A stretch of 64,000 nucleotides of DNA from Macrostomum lignano (Eukaryota). The stretch covers positions 62,001 to 126,000 of the forward strand of contig NIVC01000900.1 of NCBI GenBank assembly GCA_002269645.1. The letters are read 5' to 3'. Made by a program: the position numbers and the translations under genes. The stretch's first letter is position 1. Each line of letters starts with the position of its first letter. Below are positions 27,554-36,742 of this stretch, in pieces. The notes beneath the pieces were generated by a model. It saw only the letters and a program-made list of their open reading frames with translations. It had not been told where the DNA came from and searched no databases.

Positions 27554-28144
27554 GACTAACTAACTAACTGACTAACTAACTAACTAACTAACTGACTAAC
27601 TAACTCACTAACTAAGTGACTAACTGACTAATTAACTAACTAACTGACTAACTAACTAACTAACTAACTAACTGACTAACTAACTGACTAACTAACTAAC
27701 TAACTGACTAACTAACTGACTAACTGACGAACTAACTAACTGACTGACTGACGAACTAACTAACTAGCAAGCACATAAAATCCCTTAAACGCGTAGCTAA
27801 TTTACCTGCATCTGCATCGGCATAGGCGGTCCATTGGTTGACATCATTCTAACGGTGGCTGGGCCCCTCACGTGTTGCACCTGGTCGCCAACCCTTACGC
27901 AGAATGTTTCACCAGCACCAACATGCACCATGACGATGTGCTCGCTGCCACCGCCACCACCAACTCCGGGACCAGTGGAATCGCCGGAACCAGCCAGTGT
28001 TGCACCAGACTGCTCATCTAAAGAACCGACTTCATCCTCTGTAGTTTCCAGTTCTGGTGCCACTTCTGATTCTGCTGCTTCAGAGCACTCTGCAACTTCC
28101 CTATCCAACTCAGCGCCACTTGAAGCCACAACTGTGTCAGACAT
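86..28144 (-). CDS. FNDC3: FNDC3A/B-like (Drosophila mtgo-like) fibronectin type III domain protein; 9 exons in window, 3' end beyond left edge
   Basis: Exons 28144-27806, 26368-26188, 12343-12041, 8257-7926, 5291-4874, 4142-3841, 2931-2634, 1753-1263 and 160-86. All introns are GT-AG with matching phases (0,1,1,0,1,0,1,0,0); 2739 nt = 913 codons, no stop. The N-terminus HIVMVHVGAGETFCVRVGDQVQHVRGPATVRMMSTNGPPMPMQMQVPPGHLVQQIVDENG resembles the FNDC3 N-terminal motif (recognised from memory). Five FN3 repeats follow (W..P..DGG.P...Y; L.PG..Y.FRV.A.N..G). Confidence 0.88.
1065..1245. repeat. (CAGA)n microsatellite, FNDC3 intron 8
   Basis: Visible tandem gaca/caga units. Confidence 0.95.
1263..1753 (-). 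CDS. FNDC3: FNDC3-like exon 8 (FN3 repeats 4-5)
   Basis: Acceptor ctcccacag|AC; LIPGANYIVTVRAANAAGFGPWS...VSWEAP...VTDYRLEC; donor CTG|GTGAGT. Confidence 0.88.
1950..2625. repeat. 23-bp minisatellite (ctcagagctacaaagacccgctc)n
   Basis: Period 23 measured (2041 to 2064). Confidence 0.95.
2634..2931 (-). CDS. FNDC3: FNDC3-like exon 7 (FN3 repeats 3-4)
   Basis: Acceptor cacccctcag|CTG; SVSVRASSSAGLSEPS...WSEPGNDGGAPVTGY; donor G|GTGAGT. Confidence 0.85.
3120..3760. repeat. (AATC)n-derived 32-bp higher-order repeat
   Basis: aataaaccaatcaacaaaccaatcaatcaatc repeated about 14 times, with degenerate flanks. Confidence 0.93.
3841..4142 (-). CDS. FNDC3: FNDC3-like exon 6 (FN3 repeats 2-3)
   Basis: Acceptor ttcacag|GC; GLSPGTAYWFRVAAVNALGQG...WSAPEDDGGCPIEEYL; donor CTG|GTTAGT. 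Confidence 0.88.
4270..4850. repeat. 21-bp minisatellite (aaaaagacacaacaaacctct)n
   Basis: Visible tandem units; source of the CVFLEV/LCLFRG pseudo-ORFs. Confidence 0.93.
4874..5291 (-). CDS. FNDC3: FNDC3-like exon 5 (FN3 repeats 1-2)
   Basis: Acceptor tttcgcag|ATC; ISEIESTSVVIQVWPP...LRWAPAARDNGASVTAYVLE; donor G|GTGAGT. Confidence 0.88.
5315..7855. repeat. 22/19-bp minisatellite (gtaatctatctgccttgttgtt)n, about 2.5 kb
   Basis: Period 22 (5341 to 5363); variants lack one TTG. Confidence 0.95.
7926..8257 (-). CDS. FNDC3: FNDC3-like exon 4, N/Q/H/Y/G-rich region
   Basis: Acceptor gtcccacag|AC; open frame WGGNGVRHQQQQHYYQN...LETPQPPQ; donor CAG|GTAAGG, phase 1-0. Confidence 0.78.
8757..10131. 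repeat. (GACT)n microsatellite, about 1.37 kb, near perfect
   Basis: Only a few gacgaact interruptions; degenerate (GATT)n to the left. Confidence 0.97.
10630..11935. repeat. 24/20-bp minisatellite (ggcgattctcaggtgtattagagg)n
   Basis: Period 24 (11227 to 11251), changing to 20 on the right. Confidence 0.95.
12041..12343 (-). CDS. FNDC3: FNDC3-like exon 3, low-complexity S/T/P/Q region
   Basis: Acceptor cttgcag|GT; 303 nt open frame YKLINNRFTNSTSP...RFAASQS; donor G|GTAAGC, phase 1-1. The ORF track shows a different frame. Confidence 0.75.
12400..13430. repeat. About 37-38-bp minisatellite (gggaaatccccagctgatccagagggaaatcaaagata)n
   Basis: Visible tandem units. Confidence 0.93.
14440..22435. 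repeat. 8-kb 16-bp minisatellite (gtgcctgtgtgtctta)n with variant units
   Basis: Variants gtgcatgggtgtctta, gtgcctgtgtggcata, gtgcatggctgtctta and 14-bp units. Confidence 0.97.
23270..25545. repeat. Composite 23-bp / 20-bp minisatellite with a recurring linker
   Basis: (tgtgtgtctggctgtctgccttg)n and (atcgtgtctttatgtatgcc)n blocks; linker gcaccattcatattcc at 23706, 23908, 24461 and 25514. Confidence 0.95.
26188..26368 (-). CDS. FNDC3: FNDC3-like exon 2 (VPPGHLVQQIVDENG...ADGPT)
   Basis: Acceptor tctccgcag|GTT; donor G|GTGAGT, phase 1. Confidence 0.85.
26505..27767. repeat. (CTAA)n/(CTGA)n compound microsatellite, FNDC3 intron 1
   Basis: Visible 4-bp periodicity. Confidence 0.96.
27806..28144 (-). 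CDS. FNDC3: FNDC3-like exon 1 (MSDTVVASS...PMQMQ)
   Basis: ATG at 28144; donor CAG|GTAAAT, phase 0; conserved FNDC3 N-terminal motif. Confidence 0.85.
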
Positions 28145-29104
28145 TTTGCCCAGTCTATTAGCTAGATTATTATCTCAATTCTAAGCCTATCAGTGTGTGC
28201 TGCCAGTGGCACAAATTTATGAGAAAAAATAGCCAATCTTAGATGGAAACTGAAAAACTGCAAGTGATAAAAAAGTAGGATTTAATATGTATGAATATAA
28301 ATCTCTTTTATTTATTACTTTACTTTACATACATAAATTGGGTTATTGTATTTTTGAATAAAATTTGTCCATTTTCATTAGTTTAATAAATTAGTTATTA
28401 GCAAAATTAACATTACTTTTTAGCATTCTTACAAATAAACAAAAAATGTAATTTCGCTTGTAAACTTGACTACTTTGTTGCAAAAACTTTTTGTCGTTTT
28501 GAATTTTTATTAATTTATTTGTGCTTCATTTCTTTTCCTTTTCTTATCTTCTTGTAGTATTTTTGGTCATACTGTTTGCCTTCTAAATTTTTGCAACTTG
28601 TATTAGCTGGTGGCCTCTTTATTTAGCTGTAGGGCTAGCTTTTGCATGTATATTTATGCAAATTATAGCCTAATAACCCTGAATTATCTTATATTAATTG
28701 AAATTTTATAAGCTAGATATTTATAAATTTATTGCAATATATGAAATAGTTTTTATGCTAAGTTTACAGCAATTATAAAGTTAAATATCTATTGTCATTG
28801 TTCACTTAATAGTAAAAGACATAAAAGCAATGTACTTTTTAAAAAATTGTCAAAATTTTAAATTTAATCTCCTTTTAGTGCTTCTATTTACTGTAGTTTT
28901 AAAAATGCTAGCTTTATCAAAGTTCAGTGTTAGCATTTCAATAACTTATTAGAGTCTAATAGAAAACTTTATTTTAATTTCCCAAATTTTACATATCTTT
29001 GTTAAAATATTGTCAGTCTTTGGACTGAAGATGCTAGCTATTATTAGTATATAACTAACAAGTTTTCTTTCAAATCACTTTAATAGATAATATTTGAATA
29101 AATA

Positions 29105-29807
29105 TGAAGGCTGTCTCAAAAGTAGTGTTACTTTTCATTATATCCCTCATTCTAATAATCCAAAAACATAGTTTTGCACAAATTTATAGCAGCAATTCTC
29201 TTCTTTATATTAACTTTAACATCTTTAAAATCAGACAAGGGAAACAAAAGTTATGAACTAAAATATAACAGGAATTTGACCCATAGACCTATAGTCAGTT
29301 AACAAGCTAGCAAAACTTTAAACTAGAAGCTGATAAACAGGTAACTGGCTGCAGTAAATATGTAAAATGATTGCAATAAATGACTAAATTAGACCCATGA
29401 GTCAATGAAATTTTGTGCATAAATCTTGGCTGCATTGTGCCCTATCTTCCAAAAGGTGCAAATCATACTCTCTTGAGCAACACTTGAATATACATTCATG
29501 ATTTTTGGCACCACAAAGAGAGAACAAAAAGCAATGAAGCCAAAGCCCAGTGAGAAATATTCTGCTACTATAAAAGTTTATGTTTCTCCAAGTTTTATCC
29601 ATAGATATCTGTTTATCAAAGCAGCCTAACAAAGAAGTCTGAGTGCATTCAATCAAAGTACTTGAGAAGAACTTTCTTTTTAAGAAGTACTGAAAAAGAA
29701 ACATTAAGAAGAAAGTTTGACATTTAAATTTATACAAAATGATGTTATTTCAATTATCAGAACAAGAGATATAATGAAAAGTAACACTACTTTTGGGACA
29801 GCTCTTG
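29105..29807. mobile_element. Tc1/mariner-type non-autonomous element (about 700 bp)
   Basis: About 39-bp imperfect TIRs: tgaaggctgtctcaaaagtagtgttacttttcattatat (29105-29143) and, reverse-complemented, caagagctgtcccaaaagtagtgttacttttcattatat (29769-29807). TA flanks both ends (29103-04, 29808-09). No intact transposase. Confidence 0.8.
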
Positions 29808-31245
29808 TAGTATGTTTGTCATCCTGTTTTATTTCCTTTTTTAATGTTATAGAATTTTTTATTAAAATATTAAAATATTTATCTATGTATAATAATATTA
29901 TATATAGATTATGTCTTGTAAAAACTTATAATAGGAATAAAAACAATAGATATAGGTAATTTAACAAAAATCAAACATCTATAGATATTTTTTATGTTTT
30001 TTACCTGTCTTATAAAATAGAAGCAACCCTAGCTTGACCATAGTTTCTGTTTTTCTTCCTTAGAGATTTAAAGTTTATAATAACCCTAGTAGAAATTTTT
30101 TATTTAAATAAAGCACTGACAATTAATAAGGCTAATGGCAGTTGTTATGGCTAATTTTTTAACTTTTTCGAAGATTTTTATTATTTTTTATTTTTAAAAC
30201 ATTTGTACTGTGACTGCACATAGAATATACAAATTAATAATAGGGCCTAATAATTATGCTCTATAGAGTTTAGTAAGTTATTAAAGTCAATGTTTCAAGT
30301 ACTGGCACTACATGCAAAACTTTACTTTACAAATTTGCTCTCCGTCAAGTTGCTGAACTTTAAATTTAATTGAAATTAACTCTTGTCAAGTCTATAGTTT
30401 AGGTCTTTATTGGCTCGCTAGCTGATGTGATGTTTATGCTTGTGAAACATGCAATAGCGTTGTAGGGCAGACAAAAGGAAACAGCATAAAAGATATGAGT
30501 ATTATATGGAGAGTTAACATAATAACTATCATGATTACTGTGCCACTGTACCTGCTCATTTTTATAAGGTTCCTAATCCTAGCTCAACGCAAATAATATA
30601 TTATTTATTATTTCTAGCAAAACTACTGACAGCGGAATTTAAATAGTGCTGTTATTCTTTTACCGTTTTATGTTTTAACAAAATGCGTTGAGTTTTTTGT
30701 CTATAAACTAAATCTTTATAAAGCCTGTATGCAAAAAATGTAATAAAACTTTATCAAATATTTTATTGTAGCAGCTATAAAAGTTAGCTTGTATTAATCA
30801 GCATTTCAACCAAGAATTTTAAGTTTTAAGCGAAACACTCGATAATAGTAGCTAGCTTGTTTGTTCTCGTTCTCGTTACGAGTCTTGCGACCGACCGTGT
30901 TGTTAATCCGTTTTATTTGCTAAGAGTCTAAGATATGATTGACTGTTTACTCTTTAACTCTCCGTTCATTTGGTTTGGATCTTAGGGATGATTATAAAAA
31001 TATTTAAATAAAAAAGTAAAATATGACTTGAACCAGTTTTAAATATTCTAGTAGTATGGAAGTTTACCACTTTTCGTTAGTAGGTTTGCATTTAGCAGTT
31101 TGGTTTTTTGATACTATGTCTATTGATAAAGATAATTTTATACATAATCTGGCTATGTTGATTATGATGCTTTCTGTGGCTTTTAATTTAAATATAATTT
31201 AATTTTAGAAGCTAACTTTTATATTAGATATAACATAATGCTAAT

Positions 31246-31616
31246 AGGTTCCAAGACATTTTGTCAACCAGACATTATGGCAACCAGACATTTGGTTCAA
31301 GCCAAAATTAGGCGCCCTATTTATCTGTTATATTAGGCCCTAGCCATTAAATATTAACATATTTAAATTTAAGTTTTAGGCCTATCATAGAAAATATTAA
31401 AACTATATACATGGTGGCTTGGTGGCGGCAACACCAATGGGGACCAAAGGTTTCTACAAAATTTATTTTCAAGAAGTATTAAACAAATTAGAAATTACCA
31501 CTTCTCACATTCTCTGAGCTCTAGCTGGTGCAGCTATAATAATTGGCTACAATTTGCTAAGTTGCCATAATGTCTAGTTGATGAAATGCTGGTTGACAAA
31601 ATGTCTAGTCACTTGC
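31246..31616. mobile_element. Small MITE-like inverted-repeat element
   Basis: agacattttgtcaaccagacattatggcaac (about 31254-31284) is inverted relative to gttgccataatgtct...gttgacaaaatgtct (31561-31606). Flanking direct repeat tgctaat/taatgctaat is a possible target-site duplication; the extreme termini do not match well. Confidence 0.5.
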
Positions 31617-31999
31617 TAATGCTAATGGGTAGGCCTATCTAGCATAAAAGAGGGGTTTCTGGCTTAATTTAGACTTTGGCTATAATTGGTCTAATTAATA
31701 GGTTTAATACAATAATAAATAATGGCAGTGATTATTGTTACAGTGACTATATAAACAGCAAAATGGTTATTTTTATGGTCAATATATAAAATATTTTCTA
31801 GGCTATATATGAGGCCTAAGCTACAATCAGGAAGGTGGTAGATTTCACATAAAATTGTGGTACACAAAGGAATTTTCTGGCATATATGACATATGGCATA
31901 CCATATTTGGTGCACTGTCTATACAGCATAATCCATAGAAAATACTAAAGTATCTTATATTTTACTTAAAATGAAGAGTTTGGTTTTTAAAATTGTGTG

Positions 32000-33233
32000 A
32001 CCTATCCCCACATTCCTCTTCTAATTAAATTATCAACTTTGAACAAATATTATCAATCAATCAAACACAATCAATCTTCGACTATTTTGACACAGTCGTA
32101 TAAATTTCAAGTCTCAAAGTTAAAGCTGAATGGTGCTATGCACTTTTTTAAAAGTTAGGCTGTTTTTTCAGCAAGGCAGCCACCCCAACCTCCGCCCACC
32201 TGCCTCTCCTTCCCAATCTGGGCAAAGGGTAAATAGGTTTTAAAATGACTAACTTTTTGGCTGCCAAAAGTTAGCTCCACATGAAGCAATTGGGCCATTC
32301 CATATAATTATGGTCGTAACGTGACAGGCTATTTTTACTTATAAAATGAAATCTAATAATAGAATATACTAAACCAATATTTTGAATAAAGGATTATTTT
32401 GTCAAGAATATATTTATATAGTTTCATATAGATATTATCATTAGTATAGATGCTTTTAAACCTTGAATGGCACTTATGGTCGTAACAACAGGATTTTTGA
32501 CACATAGAAACTAAAAGATAAAAGTCTTATAGCATTTTTCATTTTTGATATTTTGCAATAGATAAGAAGAGATAAGAGATAAAAGAAAAAGAAGAGAAAG
32601 GAAAGATAAGAGAGCAAAGATGAGAGAGAGAAGAGAGGTGAGGAAAGAGACAATAGAAGAGATAAGAGGAGAGAGTGGAGAGAAGAGAAGAGAAAGGAGA
32701 AAGGAGAGATGAGGGAAGTGTTGAGAGAGGGTAGTGTAATGAGTGAGAAGAGAGGAGAGGGAAGAGAGAGTAGAAAGCAGAGAGAGGGGAGAGCAGAGAG
32801 AAATGAGAAGAGATAAAAGAGGAGAAAAGAGAGATGAGAGAGCAGAGACGAGAGGAAAGGAGAGAGAAACAAATAGAGGGAAGAGACAAAAGAAGAGGGG
32901 ACAAAGGAGAGAAGAAAAAAGAGATAAGAGAAGAGACAAGAGACGAGAGAGAAGTGAGAAAACAGAAGAGAAGATAGAAGTTTCAAAGGATGCAAGGGAC
33001 ATAGGGAGAGGCAGAGGTAGAGGCCAGAGTTTTCCTGACATTCTGCGCAGCACCCCAGCCAACAGTATCAATGTTTGCCTCAAATCTTAATTTTATACAA
33101 ATGTACTCTATTTTATGTTTAACTCTATCCTAACTAATAAAAGTTTTTGTTTAAGTTTAATCTCAATATATGCAAAAATAGTTCCAGGGATTGGAATTCC
33201 TTGGGTTCAAAATCCGCAGGTTTTAACAGCTTG
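32000..33233 (+). mobile_element. Older non-autonomous Helitron copy D, inverted relative to A/B/C
   Basis: 32000-32300 is the reverse complement of copy A 35450-35740. Purine-rich tract, then helicase remnant QSFPDILRSTPANSINVCLKS at about 33025-33088. 3' end aacagCTTG|T at 33233. Left boundary approximate. Confidence 0.75.
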
Positions 33234-33267
33234 TTTTCAAATAAAATAGCTTTCAATTATATATCTA

Positions 33268-33933
33268 CAAGCTGTTGAAACCCGCGGATTTTAAACCCGG
33301 GGAATTCCAATACCCGGAACTACTTTTGCATGTATTCTGAAATCTAAGGCCATACACAAACAAAAACTTGTTAATAGTTAGTAGGATAGAGGTAGACATA
33401 AAATGGAGCACATTCATGTAAAATTAGGGTTTGAGACATTGTTGGCTGGGGTACTGCGCATAATGTCAGGCAATGTCTGTCTGACTCTAAAACATATATT
33501 GCTAAACTCTGGTCTCTCCCTGACTTTCCCTATGTCCCTTGGATCCTTTAAAATTTCTATCGTCTCTTTGTTTCCTCTCATCTCTCTCATCCCTTGTCTC
33601 TCCTCTCTCCCCTCTTCTCTCGTATCTTCCCTCATCTCTCTTCTCTCTCTTCTCTCTTATCTCATCTCTTGTCTCTTCTTTTCTCTCTCCTCTCCTCTCT
33701 CCTCTCCTCTCTCCTCTCTCCCCCTCTCCTCTCTCCTCTCACCCCCTCTTCTCTCTTATCTTCCTTCTCCTTTCTATTCTTTTCTCTCTTCTCTTAACTC
33801 TCTCCTCTACTCTCTCATCTCTCCCCTCTTCTCTCGTCTCTTCCCTCACCTCTTTTCTCTCTCGTCTTTGCTCTCTCATCTTTCCTTTCTCTTCTTTTAT
33901 CTTTTCTCTCTTATCTCTTCTCATTTCTGTCTG

Positions 33934-34032
<99 letters not shown>

Positions 34033-35954
34033 TATCTCTCCTCCTCTCTCTACTCTCTTCTCCCCTCTCCATTCTCCTCTTTCCTCTCCTCTCTCCTCAC
34101 TCACTTCTCTACCTTTGTCTCTCCTCTCTCCTCTCGTCTCTGTAACCTCTCCTCTGTTCTCTCTACTCTCCCATCTTTTATCTGTTCACTCTCGTCTCTG
34201 CTCTCTCATCACCCCTCTTTAATCTGGCATCTCTGTATTATATGTTCTCTCACCTCTCTCCTCTGTACTCTTTTCTTTCCCCTCTTTTGACTCCTCACTT
34301 TCCTTTCTCCTTTCTTCTTTTCTCTTCTCTTCCCTTTTCTATACTCTGTCTCCCTCTCTTCTCTCACTCCACTCTCCTCTCTCCGTTATCTCTCATCTCT
34401 CATTTCTCATCTCTCCTTCCACCTCTCTCATCTCTACAACCTTAGAGATGTAGAGATGTATCTTTATCTCTTCTCTCTTCCCTTTACTCTCTCATCTCTT
34501 CTTTCACCTGTTTCCTCTCTGCTCTCCTCTCTGCTGTCTCCTCTCTCCTCTCATCTGCAGCTCTCTGCTCTCTTATCTCTACTCTCTCCTCTCGCTTTTC
34601 CTCTCTCCCCTCTTCTCCCCCTCTCTCTCATCGTCCTCAGCCCCTCATCTCTCCTATTATCTTTTATCTTTTCTTTTATCCCCTCTGTCGCTTCTCCTCT
34701 CTTCGAATAGTCTATTCCTTCTCTCCACTCTCAACTGCCCCCTCAGCCATAAGCTGGATTCTTTTCTGGCCTTTGAGGTAAAAGTCTGCCCATTCCTGCT
34801 TGGAAAGCCAGTTTGTGGGACATAGTACTCTCATGGCTGTTCTCATGCTTTGATCATGTCATCTTTCTTGCCAATTTGCAAGCCCTGAAGAGAATTTGTG
34901 TATCTTCAGCTCCACTGCAGTCTGCATCAGTCTAACAACCAAGGAAATACGCATTTCTTAGGAGGCCATTTAAATTTTAAAGTACCTTATGCGAATCTTA
35001 ATGTTAAAATTTTCATGGTGTAACTAATTTAGTAGGATTGCATTGTAATAAGTTATTCATTAATTTTTCGCTATTTTTACAAACCATCCCGCATCGCCTT
35101 GATTTGCCTGTTTGCCATCTACTGTTAAACTGCTGCAGACTTGTGTCTATACAGAGGACAGTGGTTTGAATCTCTTGCTGAAACTGTCTCTCCTCTCCAC
35201 GCCTCTCCACTCATGGGGGTGCAGAGAAGGCTATAAATAAAGTTATTCCAAAACACTGTACATTTGCTATGTACATTCAGTCCTATCGCCTGACCCTTCG
35301 TCTGGCTCTGGGGGAATGAGTGAGTGAGTGGCACAAACAACAGAAAAAGCAGACAAACTTCACATGCTTACAGTTTCTTTTTCGGTTGAGTTACAGAGTT
35401 GAAACTTTACATTTAGATAGAGAATGGGTCAATGAAGAATTGTGTCAAGTTTGAAGTCAATCGCTTTACGTGGAGCAAACTTATGGCAGCTGAAAGTTAG
35501 TCAATTTTGAAACCCTTTTAACACATCTGGGCCCAGATCGGTATCGGGAAAGAGAGGCAGGCGGGCGGAGGTTGGGGTGGTTGCTACGCTGAAAAAAACA
35601 GCCTAACTTTAAAAGTGCACAGCACCGCTCAGGATTAACTTTGAGACTCGAAATTTTACACGATTGTGCCAAAATAGTTTAAGATTATCTGTGTCAAATT
35701 TGAAGAGAATCGGTAGAAGTGGAGCGGCGCTATGGAGGATTAAGTGAAAAAATCGCGCATTTTGAGCAGTTTTTTGTACTTTTAGGTAGGAAGACTTGAG
35801 TCTAGGAAATTTAAAGGTAGCCTAAGACATTCTCCGTAGTAAGTTTAGGGTGGGTGTAAAGTTTGGTGTAATTTGGTTGAGCGGTTTGGGAGTCCATAGC
35901 GAAGTAATTTGTCCACAGACAGACAGACAGAGTTTTGATTTTTATAGGTAGAGA
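33268..35954 (-). mobile_element. Non-autonomous Helitron copy A, internally deleted relative of copy B
   Basis: 5' TCTCTACCTATAAAAATC followed by (TCTG)n, a typical Helitron 5' end. Degenerate Rep start near 34965 (atggcctcctaagaaa vs atgcctccaaagaaa). Rep N-terminal remnant fused to a helicase remnant MSHKLAFQA near 34830; RQTLPDIMRSTPAN near 33450-33480. 3' hairpin plus CTTG|T at 33268. Confidence 0.85.
33540..34700. repeat. CT-rich low-complexity tract with (CT)n core inside Helitron copy A
   Basis: Perfect (CT)n at about 33938-34020; mirrored by the purine tract 32560-33010 in copy D. Confidence 0.9.
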
Positions 35955-36742
35955 CAAGCTGTTGAAACCCGCGGATTTTCAACCCGGGGAATTCCAATCC
36001 CCGGAACCATTTTCGCATGTATTCTAAAATCCGAAGTCATACTAAAATACTTGCTATTAGTTAGGATAGAGGTGTGAACAAAACTTGGTATAAATGTGTG
36101 TTAAAAAGTATATTTCTAGAATAGAATAAAACAGAACAGAATAGAAACTAAGACTACACAAACGTTTACATCATCAGGACAGTATAGAATCTATCTAAGG
36201 AGATGGGATTATTATGTAGCTTTCAAGCATAGCAACAAAGAAGCAGTACAGTAGTTGCTGTCTAAGACTAAGTAAAAGAGAAAAATTGTTATGCTGTTTA
36301 AGTATTCTAGAGAAACTAAGCAGAGTGAATATGCAGGACAACAGCAAAACCGATAAGGAAAATATTTGGGGAGTGATAAAATAATATTTTAGTATCGACA
36401 CTGCAAATTAACAGTAGAAGTACCAAGCTTTATTCTGCCAAATTTCTTTGCAAATCAATCTTCTAGTTCTAGTCCAGTCTGGAACGAAATTTACTTGACT
36501 CTTGCTTTAGTAGGTTAGCAAAGTCCTTGAAGTCGTTTTCTGGGGTTCGTCCACTCTGGCAAGAAAGTTTGAAAAAAATTAGCAAGAAAAAATATTTGAA
36601 TAGGCGAGCCTGGTACGTCTGCTGCTGATAAAGGTAGTTTTTAATAAGATTAACAAATAGATAAAAGTTCAGCTTTAAGATAAGTTATGCTCTTGTCAGT
36701 GAAAAGTGAATATAGTTCAGTTGTAATAACTTTCACAGATGT

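Noticed and set aside
26505-27767. Telomere-like repeat
   Set aside because: The unit is TTAG/TCAG, not TTAGGG, and it lies inside intron 1.
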